A DNA stretch of 30,789 nt from Chiloscyllium plagiosum (GCF_004010195.1 NC_057751.1:13466711-13497499), one strand, 5' to 3'; shown: positions 1 through 11,379, counted from the first letter of the stretch. Notes: generated from the letters alone by a model not told the origin. Translations and numbers: made by a program.

Positions 1-133
1 GAAGAGCTCTGCACCCAGACCCACCCTATCACTATAACCATGCATTTTCCATGCATAACTCACCAAGCCAACACAACCCTGGAAATTATGGGCCACTTAC
101 TACGGCCAATCCACCTAATCTGCACACCTTTGG
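1..133 (-). mobile_element. Degraded fragment of HE1-like (V-SINE) tRNA-derived SINE
   Basis: 'gaagagc...cacccagaccc' and 'ggccaatccacctaatctgcacacctttgg' align by eye with the SINE copies at 17202-17523 and 23040-23340. Confidence 0.7.
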
Positions 134-299
134 TCAGGCTGTTCCTTGACTTGTCTGTGAGACAGTTCTCCCAATTTTGGGCCAAGTCCTATTTGTTAGT
201 AAGGAGGACATCACAGAGTTGACAGGACTGGGTTTGCCATTGTCATTTCTAGTGCCAAGGTCAATGCCAGGTGGTCTGTCTAGTTTTCTTTTTTTTTTC

Positions 300-570
300 A
301 ACTTTGTAGTAGTTTTATACAACTGAACAGCTTGTTAGACCAGTTCAGAAGGCATTTAAGAGGCAACCACATTGCTGAGAGTCTGGAGTCACACAAAGGC
401 TAGACCACATAAGGATGCAGATTTCCTGCCCCAAAGGATTTTGGTGAACCAGTCAGTTTTTTTTTTATTACTCTAGACAATGGCTTTGTGGTCACCACTT
501 GTTTAAAATGAAATTATGTTCTACTAGCTGTAGTCTCCAGCTGTCTGGTCTTCTGGACTACTAACACAGT
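300..570. mobile_element. Degraded interspersed repeat (LINE 3'-end/SINE-like)
   Basis: 'caaccacattgctg...gtctggagtcacac...gcagatttcctgccccaaaggattttggtgaaccag' resembles a common shark repeat recalled from memory. The family is not determined. Confidence 0.45.
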
Positions 571-638
571 GACATTCTGAGTTCAGTTAAGGTTCCTGTT
601 TTTGTACGAAGGGTTGAGCTGTTTGAGACTATACTCAC

Positions 639-850
639 TAGAGTGTAGAACAATTAGAAGCAATCTCATCAAAACATGTAAAATTCAGCGAGGCGTTGAC
701 AGCGTAGATGCTTCCACTCATAGAGGAATCTAAATCTAGGGAACAGTTTTTTTGTCTCAACGGGTCAACTGTCTTTGAAATTCCCCTTACAAGAAGCAGT
801 GGACATTGGGTGTTTGAGAGATTGGAAGGGTAAAAACAACACACAGTTGT
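639..850 (-). other. Candidate internal coding exon (unidentified, Cys- and N-glycosylation-rich peptide)
   Basis: On the minus strand there is a ttcttacag acceptor (AG at 852-851), a 212-nt single open frame (TTVCCFYPSNLSN...NCSTL) and a perfect GTGAGT donor at 638-633. The 70-aa peptide has five N-x-S/T sequons. No homolog recognised. Confidence 0.25.
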
Positions 851-1154
851 CTGTAAGAACACTTCTGGATATCAGAACTCTAGATATAAAAGACAGATAT
901 TAACTTCATGGTCTGCATGTTGTCACCAAACAGTAGGACTGTTTAGTACAAAGTCATGACAAATTTTGCCAGCGATTATCTCAGGGACACAAAATAGATG
1001 ATTCCTCCACATCATGAGTTGGTTGATCTCAGTACCCAAATGCAGCTGACTTCAGCACCCAAGGCTAGGAAAATAAGCAGATTGGATTACTCCATAATGA
1101 ACCAGCAGTAAATGGCTGAATGGCCTCCTTGCATGCCATGAATATCCCTGATTC

Positions 1155-1475
1155 ATAACTTCAGCTGCCTGGGCCTGAAGCTCTGAAATTCCCTCTCTGA
1201 TCCTCTCGACCTTATGTCCTTACTCTTTCCCAAACGCTTCTTAAAATCTGAAATAACTCCACAGAGGCTGGTATCCCGTCACCAAGTCACCCTTTATTTA
1301 CCTGTGCACAGCTACCCTACCCCAGAGCCAGAGTGAGGAGAATCCCTGAGACTCCTGTTTTATCTATCAGCCAAGACCCCCTTATTGGCACACGTTAACA
1401 ATCCCAATAGGGAACCTCTTTCCAATCATGACAAAACATATTCCTTCAGCTAAGCTTTTGATCATGTGCCCTCTT
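1155..1475 (+). mobile_element. L2 LINE 3'-end fragment, interrupted by a short LTR-like insertion
   Basis: 'cttcagctgcctgggcctgaagctctgaaattccctc...cgcttcttaaaatc' resumes after the insertion as 'aaacatattccttcagctaagcttttgatca'. This is the typical L2 ORF2 C-terminus (LWNSLP...LLKTYLF pattern). Confidence 0.6.
1249..1433 (-). mobile_element. Short solo-LTR-like insertion (~185 bp)
   Basis: TG...CA termini, a minus-strand AATAAA (tttatt near 1293) and imperfect 5-bp flanks (aaatc / aaaca). It splits an otherwise contiguous L2 tail. Confidence 0.5.
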
Positions 1476-1484
1476 TTTCTCTTT

Positions 1485-2240
1485 CTATTCACTCATGGGA
1501 CATAGACATCACTGGCTGACCAGTATTTATTGCCCATCCTTAGCTGCCCTTGAGAAGATTGTGATGAGTTGCTTTCTTGAACTCTGCAGTCCATGTGTGG
1601 AAGGTAGACCCTCAGTGAGGGAATTCCAGGATTTTGATCAAGCGACAGTGAAGGAACAGTTATATGTTTCCAAATCAAGATGGTGAATGGCTTGGAGGAG
1701 AACTTGCAGGGGTGGTGTTCATATGTATATGCTGCCTTTGTCTTTTCAGGTGGAAGTAGTCAGAGGTTTGGAAGGGGCTGTCTTGAGGATATTTGGTGAA
1801 TTTCTGCATTTTGTCAATTGGACACACTGCTGCTACTGAGCTACTTCAGTGGTGAAGGGAATGGATGCTTGTGGGTGTGGTGCCAATCAAGCAGGTTGCT
1901 CTGTCCTGGATGGTGCCGTGTTCCTTGACTGTTACATAGTGCTATATGGTCCAAGCAAATGCGGATTATTCCATCACACCACTGACTTTAGCCTTGGAGA
2001 TGGTGAACAGGCTTTGGGGAGTCAGGTGGTGAGTTACTCGCCACAACATTCCCAGCCGCTGACCTGCTCTTTAAGGCATTATATTTATATGCTGAGTTTC
2101 TCGTCAATTGTAACCCTCAGGAGGGTAATAGTGGGGGAATTCAGTGATGATACCATCACTGAATGGCAAGGGACAGTGGCCAGATTGTCTTTTATTGGAG
2201 ATGGTCATTGACTGTCATTTGTGTACAGCAAATGTTACTT
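1485..2240 (-). mobile_element. Non-LTR retrotransposon (CR1/L2-group LINE) ORF2 C-terminal remnant with 3' UTR
   Basis: Minus-strand translation gives TISNKRQSGHCPLPFSDGIITEFPTITLLRVTIDEKL...RAGQRLGMLWRVTHHLTPQSLFTISKAKVSGVME*SAFAW, the post-RT region of LINE ORF2, with stops. Confidence 0.8.
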
Positions 2241-2284
2241 CATAGAGTTTGGTGCAAATTTTTTATAGTTAATTGTAGCAATGC

Positions 2285-2515
2285 CCAAAATTAGGAGCAG
2301 GCGTAGACTATTCATTTCCTCAAGCCTGTTCCACCATGTAATAAGATCATAACTTATGTGTACATTACTTTGGCGTCATATCCCTGTTCATTTCTTATAC
2401 CCCAAAGTTTGCTTCTTCATCAAAAATTCCATCTTCCACTGCCTTAAAACTATTAAATGAATCTACTTCCACCATTCTGAGGAGAAGGGAGATTTGGTTA
2501 CTATTAACCCACTGA
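2285..2515 (-). mobile_element. CR1 LINE 3' fragment, degraded
   Basis: 'aattaggagcaggcgtagactattc...ctcaagcctgttccaccatgtaataagatcat' is the reverse complement of a typical shark CR1 3' UTR. Confidence 0.55.
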
Positions 2516-3924
2516 GGTTTTCCAAAACACTATTTTAAATCACTGTGAAGTGCTATTGGATGTTTTACTATGTTACAGGTGCCAAATTGAAATCTAAGTT
2601 ATTGCTGTTATAGTCATATGTGAAATGGTAAGTTGACAGATCCATTTCACATGTTGTCACTTATTGAATAGTTCACCAATCCAAAACGTCTTTGAATTTT
2701 CCAGGCCAAAGCAGTTGTAAATAAAGGAACTTTGTAATCTCTGAATTATAGGTCAAAAGTTGGACATGAATTTTTCAATATCATGGCAATGCTGTACATT
2801 TTTGATTCAGGTTCATCCATGCTTCTTTAGCTATTCAGCATCTCAATACTTTTCAAAATGTCAAATTACTGTTACTGTGGCAACAATTAAAGCTGTTCTA
2901 AAATGTTAGAACTTTATGCTAATCCCTCGCACCCAATAAGATTAAATCCTGTTAATGTTCAGACCAAAATGAATCTATGGTCACTGAACCATGAATGGAG
3001 GATGTCTAAACAATTTAAATTTGACTTGCTGCTTTAAAGGAGTAAAAGCTTTGATGTTTGATGTCTACTGTTTCACCAATAGAGCTACATTGTCGTATTC
3101 AGAATTTTAATCGCTTCACACAAGGTGAGAACAGGAACCAGGATTTTTAAAAAAGCAACATAAATCTGTTCACATATCTGAAATTTGAATCCCAAACAAT
3201 AGTTGTGTATGAATTAACAGATTTTAACAGAGTCAGTTCAAGTGTCAAAAAGACATGCTGATAAATAAACCGTATTCAATTCAGTTTTGGGTTGCTTATA
3301 ATAATTTTCCTTCTGTTTCTTTTCTGGAAACAAGAAACAAAACTGAAAAGTCTGATGGCATCCTTATCAGTTATCAGATGTGCAGAGATGTTTGTCTGTA
3401 TGCTTGGGTTAGATTTATTGTTATTCCTGCCGTGACCATTACATTTTATTTTGCAAATTATGTGATATATCAGTACTGAACCGTTAAATCCTTTGGATGC
3501 AGTCTGGAAACCTTTGTCATTACTACCCATTAGCCCCATCACTGAAAAAAAATAACAGCAAGCTCAAATAATTACATCACCATCGGGAACAGTCTCAATG
3601 TGGTTCAGTTGGATATACTGGGATGAAGATAATGATGACCATACTTATAGCCCTGATGTCAGAATGTATGATATAATTCAACCTCCAAGTATGTTGCTAT
3701 TTTCTAACACACAATACACTGCACATTATTCTTTATGTATTCTTGTTCCTGCATGTAGCATTTTAAAAAATGCCATTAAGAACATCTTATTCCAGTTAGT
3801 CCCTGTGATAGTGCCAACACTTAAGAATATTCAAACGTAAATGAATCTTGCAAAATAAATGTCCTCTTGCAATATTTATTTTGCACACAATTGCAGCAGT
3901 AAGGTGAAAAGGAAAGAGTGAGTA

Positions 3925-4270
3925 AAGAAAGTACATATATTCATTTTGGACTGTTTTGTAATCCCAAAGTGCTTCACAACCAATTATCTATTTTTGAAGT
4001 AATTTTTGGGACAATTTAACAGCTAATTAGTACATAGCTAAATTCCTCAAACAGCACAAGGTAAGTGAAAAGACAATCTATTTTGTTGACTGATTATTAA
4101 AGTTTGACCACAAAACCAGGAAATCTTTATCTTTTTTTGAATAGTACCATGGGGTTTTCTTACATCTACTGAGAAGGGTGGACAAAGCATTGTTTGCATT
4201 CAAATCATGGCTACCCTCAGGGCGCAGCACTTGGTCAGTGCTAAAGCCAAGTTTCTGGTCATGCAAGTCC
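3925..4270 (-). mobile_element. DeuSINE-like (SacSINE1/AmnSINE-type) SINE remnant
   Basis: 'atcccaaagtgcttcacaaccaat...tttttgaagt' is an L2-like tail, and 'tagtaccatggggttttcttacatctactgaga...gcagcact...cagtgct' resembles the Deu domain. Heavily diverged. Confidence 0.5.
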
Positions 4271-4755
4271 ACAATGACTCTTTCCAATTTTATATTTGCA
4301 CATGCTAACCGGATGCATCACAGCTTGGTATGGCAACTGGCCTTTCCAAGACCACAAGAAATTACAGAGAGTTGTGAACTCAGCCCAGTCCATCACGAAA
4401 ACCAGTCTTCCTTCCACTGAAACCACTTACATTTTCCACTACCTCAGGAGAGCATCCAACATCATCAAAGATTCTTCCCACTCCAGTTATACTCTCTTCC
4501 ACCCTCTTCCATCAGGCAGCAGATACAAAAGATTGAAAATACGTACAGCAGATTTAAGAACAGCTTCTTTCCTGCTGTTATCAGACTTATGAACAGCCCT
4601 ATCATATATTGGAGCTGTTCTTTCTCTGCATCTTCTCTGTAGCTGTAACACTATATTCTGCATTCTGTTCTATTAACCTTAGTAAGGTATGATTTGTCTG
4701 GTTAGCACACTTTTCACTGTATCTCAGTACATGTGACAATAATAAATCAAATCAC
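4270..4755 (+). mobile_element. Rex1/Babar-type LINE 3' fragment
   Basis: ORF 4296-4592 (LTGCITAWYGN...DHKKLQRVVNSAQSIT...LFHPLPSGSRYKRLKIRT...SF) matches the Rex1 ORF C-terminus. It ends in 'gtgacaataataaatcaaatca'. Confidence 0.8.
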
Positions 4756-6629
4756 TTATGGTCTGCTGACATTTTATTAAAAGTGCTCGGTCAGACAAGA
4801 AGCTCCACGAGTAAAAGCCAAGTAGAGCAGGTTGAAGAAGATGTGTTCGATGCCCTAGTGCCAATGTGTGCATCCCTGCATCTGCTGGCAAAGTTGGAAA
4901 GACTTAGTATCAACAGAAGCTGGGACTGTTCACCCAATAGCATCATCATTAGCCAGCACAGCCTACTCAACTGCTCGTGCCAAGTTGTCCCAATTATTTT
5001 CATTGGAATTGTTGCCTCAACCGAGTTGGCATTAACTGTCTTCATATGCTCCAGGTCTGCAGAATCCGAACCAGATCCATGTCAACTGTTGGTAGATGAC
5101 TTGCAATTAGCATGCAGTACAGAGCTAACAATAGGAGTCAACTGTGAATTCAAGCCTACTTGCACCTCATTCCAGACAGTTTTGATGTTGTGAAGTGGAA
5201 TGTAGGACAGCCACACTCACAATCACACGATGCAGCATATCTCTACTTCAATAGCCATTAAAAAAAGAAACTGCACAGTCATTCGTCTGTCGACTAATGA
5301 CTGCACACTGGACCAGGATAGTCTGCGCTGGTAGGAAAATAGTGTCTTTTTGGTTAAGTATTATTTTCCCTTACTTCAAGGGTCTCTCTGATTCCAGCTG
5401 ATTTTCTGGATCTGGGGTGATTTGCATGTTTTAAGTAAATTCGCAGTGTTGGGACTAATTCCATCAAGGGGCTGTTAAGGAAAGGTTGGGGCAGTGCAGC
5501 TGACTGAGCCTGTTTAAAAAAGACAAGTGAAATTTTTTGTAAGTGCACACAGAATTGGTAGTGTCGCTATTGTTCTGTTCGCTCAGCATGCTTTGGCAAT
5601 AGTTGATACTGAAACTTAGCAAGCATTCCTAGTTAACCCCCCCCCCCCCGCCACCATCTCCCCTCTCCACCACCCTCCTCCCCCTGCCCCAGACTGCGAG
5701 AGCCTAAATTTTTAACAAATCTAATGAAATATTTCCCAATACGTGTATTCCCTTTGAATGTCTTTTTATACCTATGTTTACACATCTCAAATAAGTTCAT
5801 GTAATAAAGTACAAAGATGTGGCAAATTATTGTGGGATGAGGAGAATGTTAAGGTATTCAAACAGCCCCTTGAAATTTTCTGGACCACTTGAATAAACTT
5901 ATGAAGAATGGATGTTCTTCCAGAGCCTATCTACATTTAACTCGTGAAAATTGATTCGACAGGACCGTGTCTCTGAATGTTCATTAGGTATTATAGTGAC
6001 TTGAACTGGTTCTTGATTAACAAATAACTCAAAGACAGAATAGCAACTTTGCACTTCAGAGTACTTTATTCAATATTATTCTTTTTGCTTTCTCATGTGT
6101 TTAATTTGAATAATTAAATGAATGATGGTTACCGGCAGAATTTAAGAGGGAGCTGAGTGGCATGAGCTATGGTGAGATGGGTGACACAATCAGATAGGAA
6201 GTCCAGCTCAACATCAAGAACAATTGGTGCCATTTTTTAATGCTTTTCACAAGTGGTGAGCTTCTTCCAAGACAGCAGTGAGTTGCAATTGGCCTTGCTG
6301 AACACCTTGTTGACATCACGACCAGAGGATGTACCCGGTGGATTCAGCTCACCACTTGAATCAAATGACTTCTATGTTGCACACAACCAAGCTGCAACTC
6401 CAATCATAATCCACTGGTACCAGCTACAAACACATCCCTCTTCCACAACCACTGGCATCGTAGCATGTCTCCAGTATACTAGCAGAAGAAGTACAAATTT
6501 GCATTTCAGGATGGTCTGGAAATGAGGATTGAAAGATTGTTGCATGGACACTTTACATGGAGGGAAAGGGTCATACCGTATGCTTCTATGACTATCTCAG
6601 GGCAGCTCCCTTGTTCTCTTACTGCTCAC

Positions 6630-7274
6630 TGTTATGGACGAGGCCAGACCTCCTCAAAACATTTCAAAAAAGCAGCTCAGACCCTAATTTTGCGAGTTGT
6701 TTTAAGCAGGTTTAACAAGGACACTCCAGGAGGGATACAGTTGGTCAATCTATGTAGTTCTAAACAGAACAGAATCTACTTACAAGATTACTGAATGAAA
6801 CACAAACAAAGAGAACAGAATACCAAACACGTTAACCTATCCAAATACCCAGCAGGTCATCCCAACTTAATGATGCTGTTCCAAATACTTGCAACAATTC
6901 CCACGAAATACTTTGGCACAGAAGGTAAAACCAAACCCAGGGTCTTACAGGAGGGAAGTCAGAGAGAGAGAGAGAGATAGGAGTAGAGCATGGACTCTGC
7001 TTCTTTGGGGTCCAGCAGCTTCAGAACAATACTGTCCTAAAACCAAACCAAACCAGAGTTAAATAGGGCTGGGAGAACTGGCCACTCCCCTTTCATTGTA
7101 CAAGTTTTTTAACAACTTGAACACATTCTGCCTGAGGTAGTATCTGCTAGCTATAATCAAACTGGCCTCAAAAATGTTTAACTCCCGACTTTTCAGAGTC
7201 TGTGTCTTTTACAACCTCTCTTAAAAAAAAAGCCAATGTCAGCATAACCTTGTTAAAGGAGCTGCATCATCACA
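6630..7274 (-). mobile_element. Solo LTR (645 bp), family copy 1
   Basis: Begins TGTTATG and ends ATCACA, flanked by a perfect 5-bp duplication CTCAC (6625-6629 and 7275-7279). Its reverse complement aligns with 26262-26889 and ~8795-9359. Confidence 0.85.
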
Positions 7275-8794
7275 CTCACACAATTAACACTTCATACTCA
7301 CACCATTCATGTCTTACATTGCTTTGCCATGTCCTGCCTGTTACTGACAGTGACCACCACCAAGGCCTCCGCAGGGGAAGCATCGAAGAACATTGTGCAT
7401 GTCAATATAGTGTAATGCCAGGGTTCGGGATAAGGAGGCGAATCGTAGGCGAAACTCAGTGTGATGGGTATCCACATTACGGGATGAGTTTAACTTGGCT
7501 GTCTGGGTAGTGCAAGGTAAGAGAGGACATGGTAGCTTTGGGAGTACCAAGTGACGAGGTGGGTTCAGTACTTACAACGTCAATGTTCTCCACCATCATT
7601 TTCCCCTCTCTCATGTGGTCTTACGAGAAAATTGCTGGAACAACACCCAGGGTAGGCAAAGTAAGTATCTGTTTGATGGGAGTAGCATGGGATTCACATT
7701 TTCTGGATGCTGGGACACTGTAGCAACAAATACATGAAGTGACTGTTTGCAAAGCACAACTTCATTTACTTTGTAATCATTCCATCACCCATTTGCTACA
7801 CGTGCTGAGCAAAGGTACTTAGGGGTCATCTGCTGGGCAAAGGCAATTTGCCACGGGTCATTACTGCTTGCAAATTAAACTTGGGCATCTCAGTAAAATG
7901 GAAGTGACTAGCAATGACACTAAAATAGGCCAATGCTGTTTGAATGAGAGTCACAACTCATCAAATTTCCAATTGTCTTATGAACCAAGCATCATTGCTT
8001 TGTTATCTGTTACGTAACTCTATGTACTGATTACACTGTAAAATTTAGCTTATGATGTGGGCCCAGCGTTGGTGGGGTATTGGTGCACTACAGGCACTCC
8101 ATTCTTAATGACATTAGGTGGTCACATAGCCAGTGTGGCACCTTCACCAAGTTGCTGCACATGTTGATCCTAAATTTGGATTGGTGATGGGAATGTGCCC
8201 TTGATTTTAGAGTGCAGCATGTCTAACTGTATGTGTCTAGCTCTCATTGGTATGCTGCTGATAATGTTCTGAAGTCTAAGAAACTCTTTCACGTCCATTT
8301 AGGTCCTTTCCATCCAGAGTGATCAGCCATGACATTGGTGGAATGTTGGTTGGGGTGGCTGCCAATATAAAAAGGCAATGTGGGATGAAGAAGGACCAGG
8401 GCTGTGGCAAGCCCAAGAGCAGTAGCAGAATGGTGCAGAGGAAGAAGAGCACCGAGCTCAGAGAGAGAGATCTCAAGGTGCACAGAAGGTCTAGAATTTT
8501 CTGACACCAACTCCATTTCGTGGGGCTCAGTGCGCACAAGGGTGATGCAGGCTCCATATGCCCTGTGATGCAATGATGAAACTGTTTCGGATACTGGAGC
8601 AGAACCTAAGGATTGCAGGAGTGGGAGGTCACTCTGAACTTCCAGTACACAGGCTGTTGTTCCAGGGAGCAACAGGTGACCAGCATTGGATTTCTCAGTC
8701 ATATATACACAAATACATCTGTGCAAGGGTCACATCACTCATTTTGTTCCCCAATGATGTGGTTAGTGCTGCAACTGGGCTCCTTTATCAGTAT

Positions 8795-9359
8795 CCTGCT
8801 GATGCTGCTCCTTTAACAAGGTTATGCTGTCCTTGGCTTTTTTCAAAAAGGGTTGTAAAAGGCAGAGGTTCCAATTTGTCTGGGATTAGGCCACTTTGAT
8901 TATGGCTGACAGGCACACTGCCGAAGGCAGCAATCAAGGAAAAGGGCCTATAGGTTTTTTTAAAAACACTTGTACAATGAAAGGGGAGTGACCAGTTCTC
9001 CCGGTTCAGCGAATTTTCTATTTTAGTTTACTTTTTTAGCTGGGGACCGAGAGAAACAACCGGAGTGAAAAGAGATTCCATTCAGCAAATGATCCCTAGC
9101 TGATTCTCCCTGACACCTTTCCTGTAAGAATCTGTGTTTGAGTTTACCTTTTTGCCAAGGAGTGTGTTCATGGGATGTTGCAGGAAATTGGAACAGCATC
9201 GTAAAGTTGCGATAGAGTCGATTGGGTTTCCAGATCGGTTATGTAATTCTATGTTCTGTTCTCTTTTGTTCGTGTTTGACTTGGTAGTCTGTAAACAAAT
9301 TCTGTTTTATTTAAAGCTGAATTGCTTGACCAGCTGCATCACTCCTGGAATATCCACCT
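8795..9359 (+). mobile_element. Solo LTR family copy 2 (3'-truncated), inserted into the Harbinger transposase
   Basis: 'gatgctgctcctttaacaaggttatgctgtccttggc' through 'tgaccagctgcatcactcctggaatatcca' aligns with 26262-26800 and with the reverse complement of 6630-7274. Confidence 0.75.
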
Positions 9360-9456
9360 ATCAACTGCACACACTCAGAAGGCCAAATCACAATGCTGTG
9401 TAATTCATCAACAGGAACGGGTTCTATTCAATTAATCTATGGTCACCTGTGATCAC

Positions 9457-9727
9457 CATTCCCACTTCCAGGAGCCGCATACCTGCTACCCTGGCAGTTA
9501 CATACATCCTGAAGTGCTCCTATATGCCTGCTTGAGTCCCTTCCAAAAACAGAAGTTGCTGGAAAAGCTCAGCAGGCCTGGCAGCATCTGTGAAGAGAAA
9601 TCAGAGTTAACATTTCAGGTCCAATGACTCTTCCTCAGAATCATTCTCACTCCATGGAGTCACATACTGGCTACCCTGGCATTTGCTTACATCCTGAAGT
9701 ACCTTTATGTACCTGGTTGAGTGCCTT
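9457..9727 (+). repeat. 86-bp imperfect direct repeat (9457-9542 and 9642-9727) flanking a Penelope terminal fragment
   Basis: Ungapped manual alignment gives 67/86 identical positions. Confidence 0.9.
9544..9641 (-). mobile_element. Penelope-like element terminal fragment with degenerate hammerhead motif
   Basis: 'aaaaacagaagttgctggaaaagctcagcaggcctggcagcatctg' parallels the termini at ~12000-12035 and 16050-16135. The minus strand reads CTGAGGA-a-gagtc-attg-gacct-GAAA. Confidence 0.65.
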
Positions 9728-11379
9728 ACCAGGTTGGTTAGTAGGGAACATGAGAACATTGTGCACTGATGTGGAATGCAGGTTTAACACCATTTGTGCC
9801 ACAACCAGGGCCACATTTTAGCAGAGTACAAGACTATTGAAGATATAGTTCTGCTTGGACTGGTTTAGGGAATCTTCCAATACATTCCAGACAGAATGTG
9901 CTGCATCATCCTGGCATGGTGTGCTGCACATAATTGCAGCAGTCAATGAGGTAATGTGCTGGATGCAGAGAAACTGGGAGAATGGGAGCCAAATCTTCTT
10001 CTGAGGAGGAGAAGGATGACTTTAGTGAGGAGGAGGATACTGTCACTGTTCATTTCAGATCTCAGCGGTATCAGGCATTACAAAATAGACAAGATCTCAG
10101 TGATGTTTTGAATACATGAGAGCTTGGTGAAGCAAATGATTGCAGACTGTAAATTAATCAGTGATCATCATGAGATCATCATGAGAAACCTGGTTTGCAC
10201 CTATGAACAAGACACAAACATCAGCCTCAATAGATTTTGTTTGTGTTACCTTTTGCTTTGCCCAAATACAAACTCATGTCTCTGGACTTAACTGATTGCT
10301 TGTCTGTATTTGATGTTTCCCTACTGGACAATGCCAAGGTGAAGGTCTACAGTGGGAGACAAGGTAGTGCTGACCAAGAGTGTATTCAGCTGGGATGTAG
10401 ATTTGGACAATTAAAATGTGTTGGTATGGGCAGTTAAACTGGGAATAGGAGAAGAAAATGGAGTTGTATGTGCAACAGAATTCTAGTCGTGTCAACATGA
10501 CATTGTGGCTGCTGAACAATGATGTTGCCAGTGAGGGGCAACGCTGGTACTTTCAGATGCACAACAGTCTTTCAAAGGTGGTGTGGGTGCAAGGAATGCT
10601 AGTCTTTCAGTGGGCATTGTTAAAATACAGCAAGGAAAACAATTCAGTCTTAAGTTAAAACCCAAAAAACTCAATGCAACTCAGACTGAGCCAAAAAAAT
10701 GGAAACACAGATCTCTTGAAACTGCTTGGTTGAACAAGGAACATTTCTAAACGCCTTAAAAATATTTTCTTCCTAATCTACTGTCCAGTACTAAAGGAAT
10801 CCCTGAGATATTTTCCACCAGAACTATGCTCATTAATTGTTTCTGTAACTGGTCTTTTTCATCCAACCTTAAGAATCCTTCATGCATTTTTAATTTATTC
10901 GAAACTTTGTCTAATAATGAAAGAGAGTTCAGAAGATTTGGTTGCAAAGAACGTTTGCTGTCATATCGAAAGTTGGAGGCTTTTGTCCCCAGTATCAATG
11001 TGGGAACAAAGCTGAGCCTGGAACTGCGGTATTTGGCTATTGCAAAGAGCGAGCAAAGACACGTCAGGCTGAATAAACTATTTATGTGCTGTAAGCCTCT
11101 ACGCTTCAACATTAAAAACAACTGAAAATTTCATGCTGTGGGGGAAAAAAATGATTTTCATTTCAAAATGATTTCCCCACGGTGAGGAATCATGAAAATA
11201 TATTTCTCAGAAGCAATTTTAAAATTCATAACAAGTGAAATTTAAGAACACTTTATGTTGAATGACAAGCTCTTAGGTTAGAAAATTTTCTGTTTTTCCA
11301 ACCTCTATAAGTAAATGTTCAATTCAAGGTTATTAAAATTGGAATTTTGATAAGTTTCTGATTTCTTATTTATACTGGA

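Larger units (their letters stand above)
8500..10050 (+). mobile_element. PIF/Harbinger DNA transposon, decayed transposase ORF (interrupted by an LTR and a Penelope fragment)
   Basis: Piecewise translation gives GGHSELPV...FQGATGDQHWISQS..HKYI..VT (~8620-8740), INCTH (9360), FINRNGFYSIN..VTCDH...CYPGS (~9405-9500) and RFNTICATTRATF*QSTRLLKI*FCLDW...LQYIPDRMCCIILAWC (~9780-9925). These correspond to the Harbinger motifs SFQ-GD-GISQS, IDCTH, NRKGFHSLN-CD-YPGS-HD and TR--IE---G-LK-RF. Confidence 0.8.

Noticed and set aside
2616..2654. Hairpin atgtgaaatgg/ccatttcacat as a pre-miRNA
   Set aside because: The stem is only 11-13 bp, too short for a miRNA precursor, and could arise by chance in 30 kb.
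5637..5690. C-rich tract (G-quadruplex potential on the minus strand)
   Set aside because: It is a simple low-complexity run common in vertebrate genomes, with no supporting context.
6130..8300. Additional Harbinger Myb gene or TIR around the first solo LTR
   Set aside because: The composition suggests old DNA-transposon debris, but no convincing motif or matching terminal repeat could be read.
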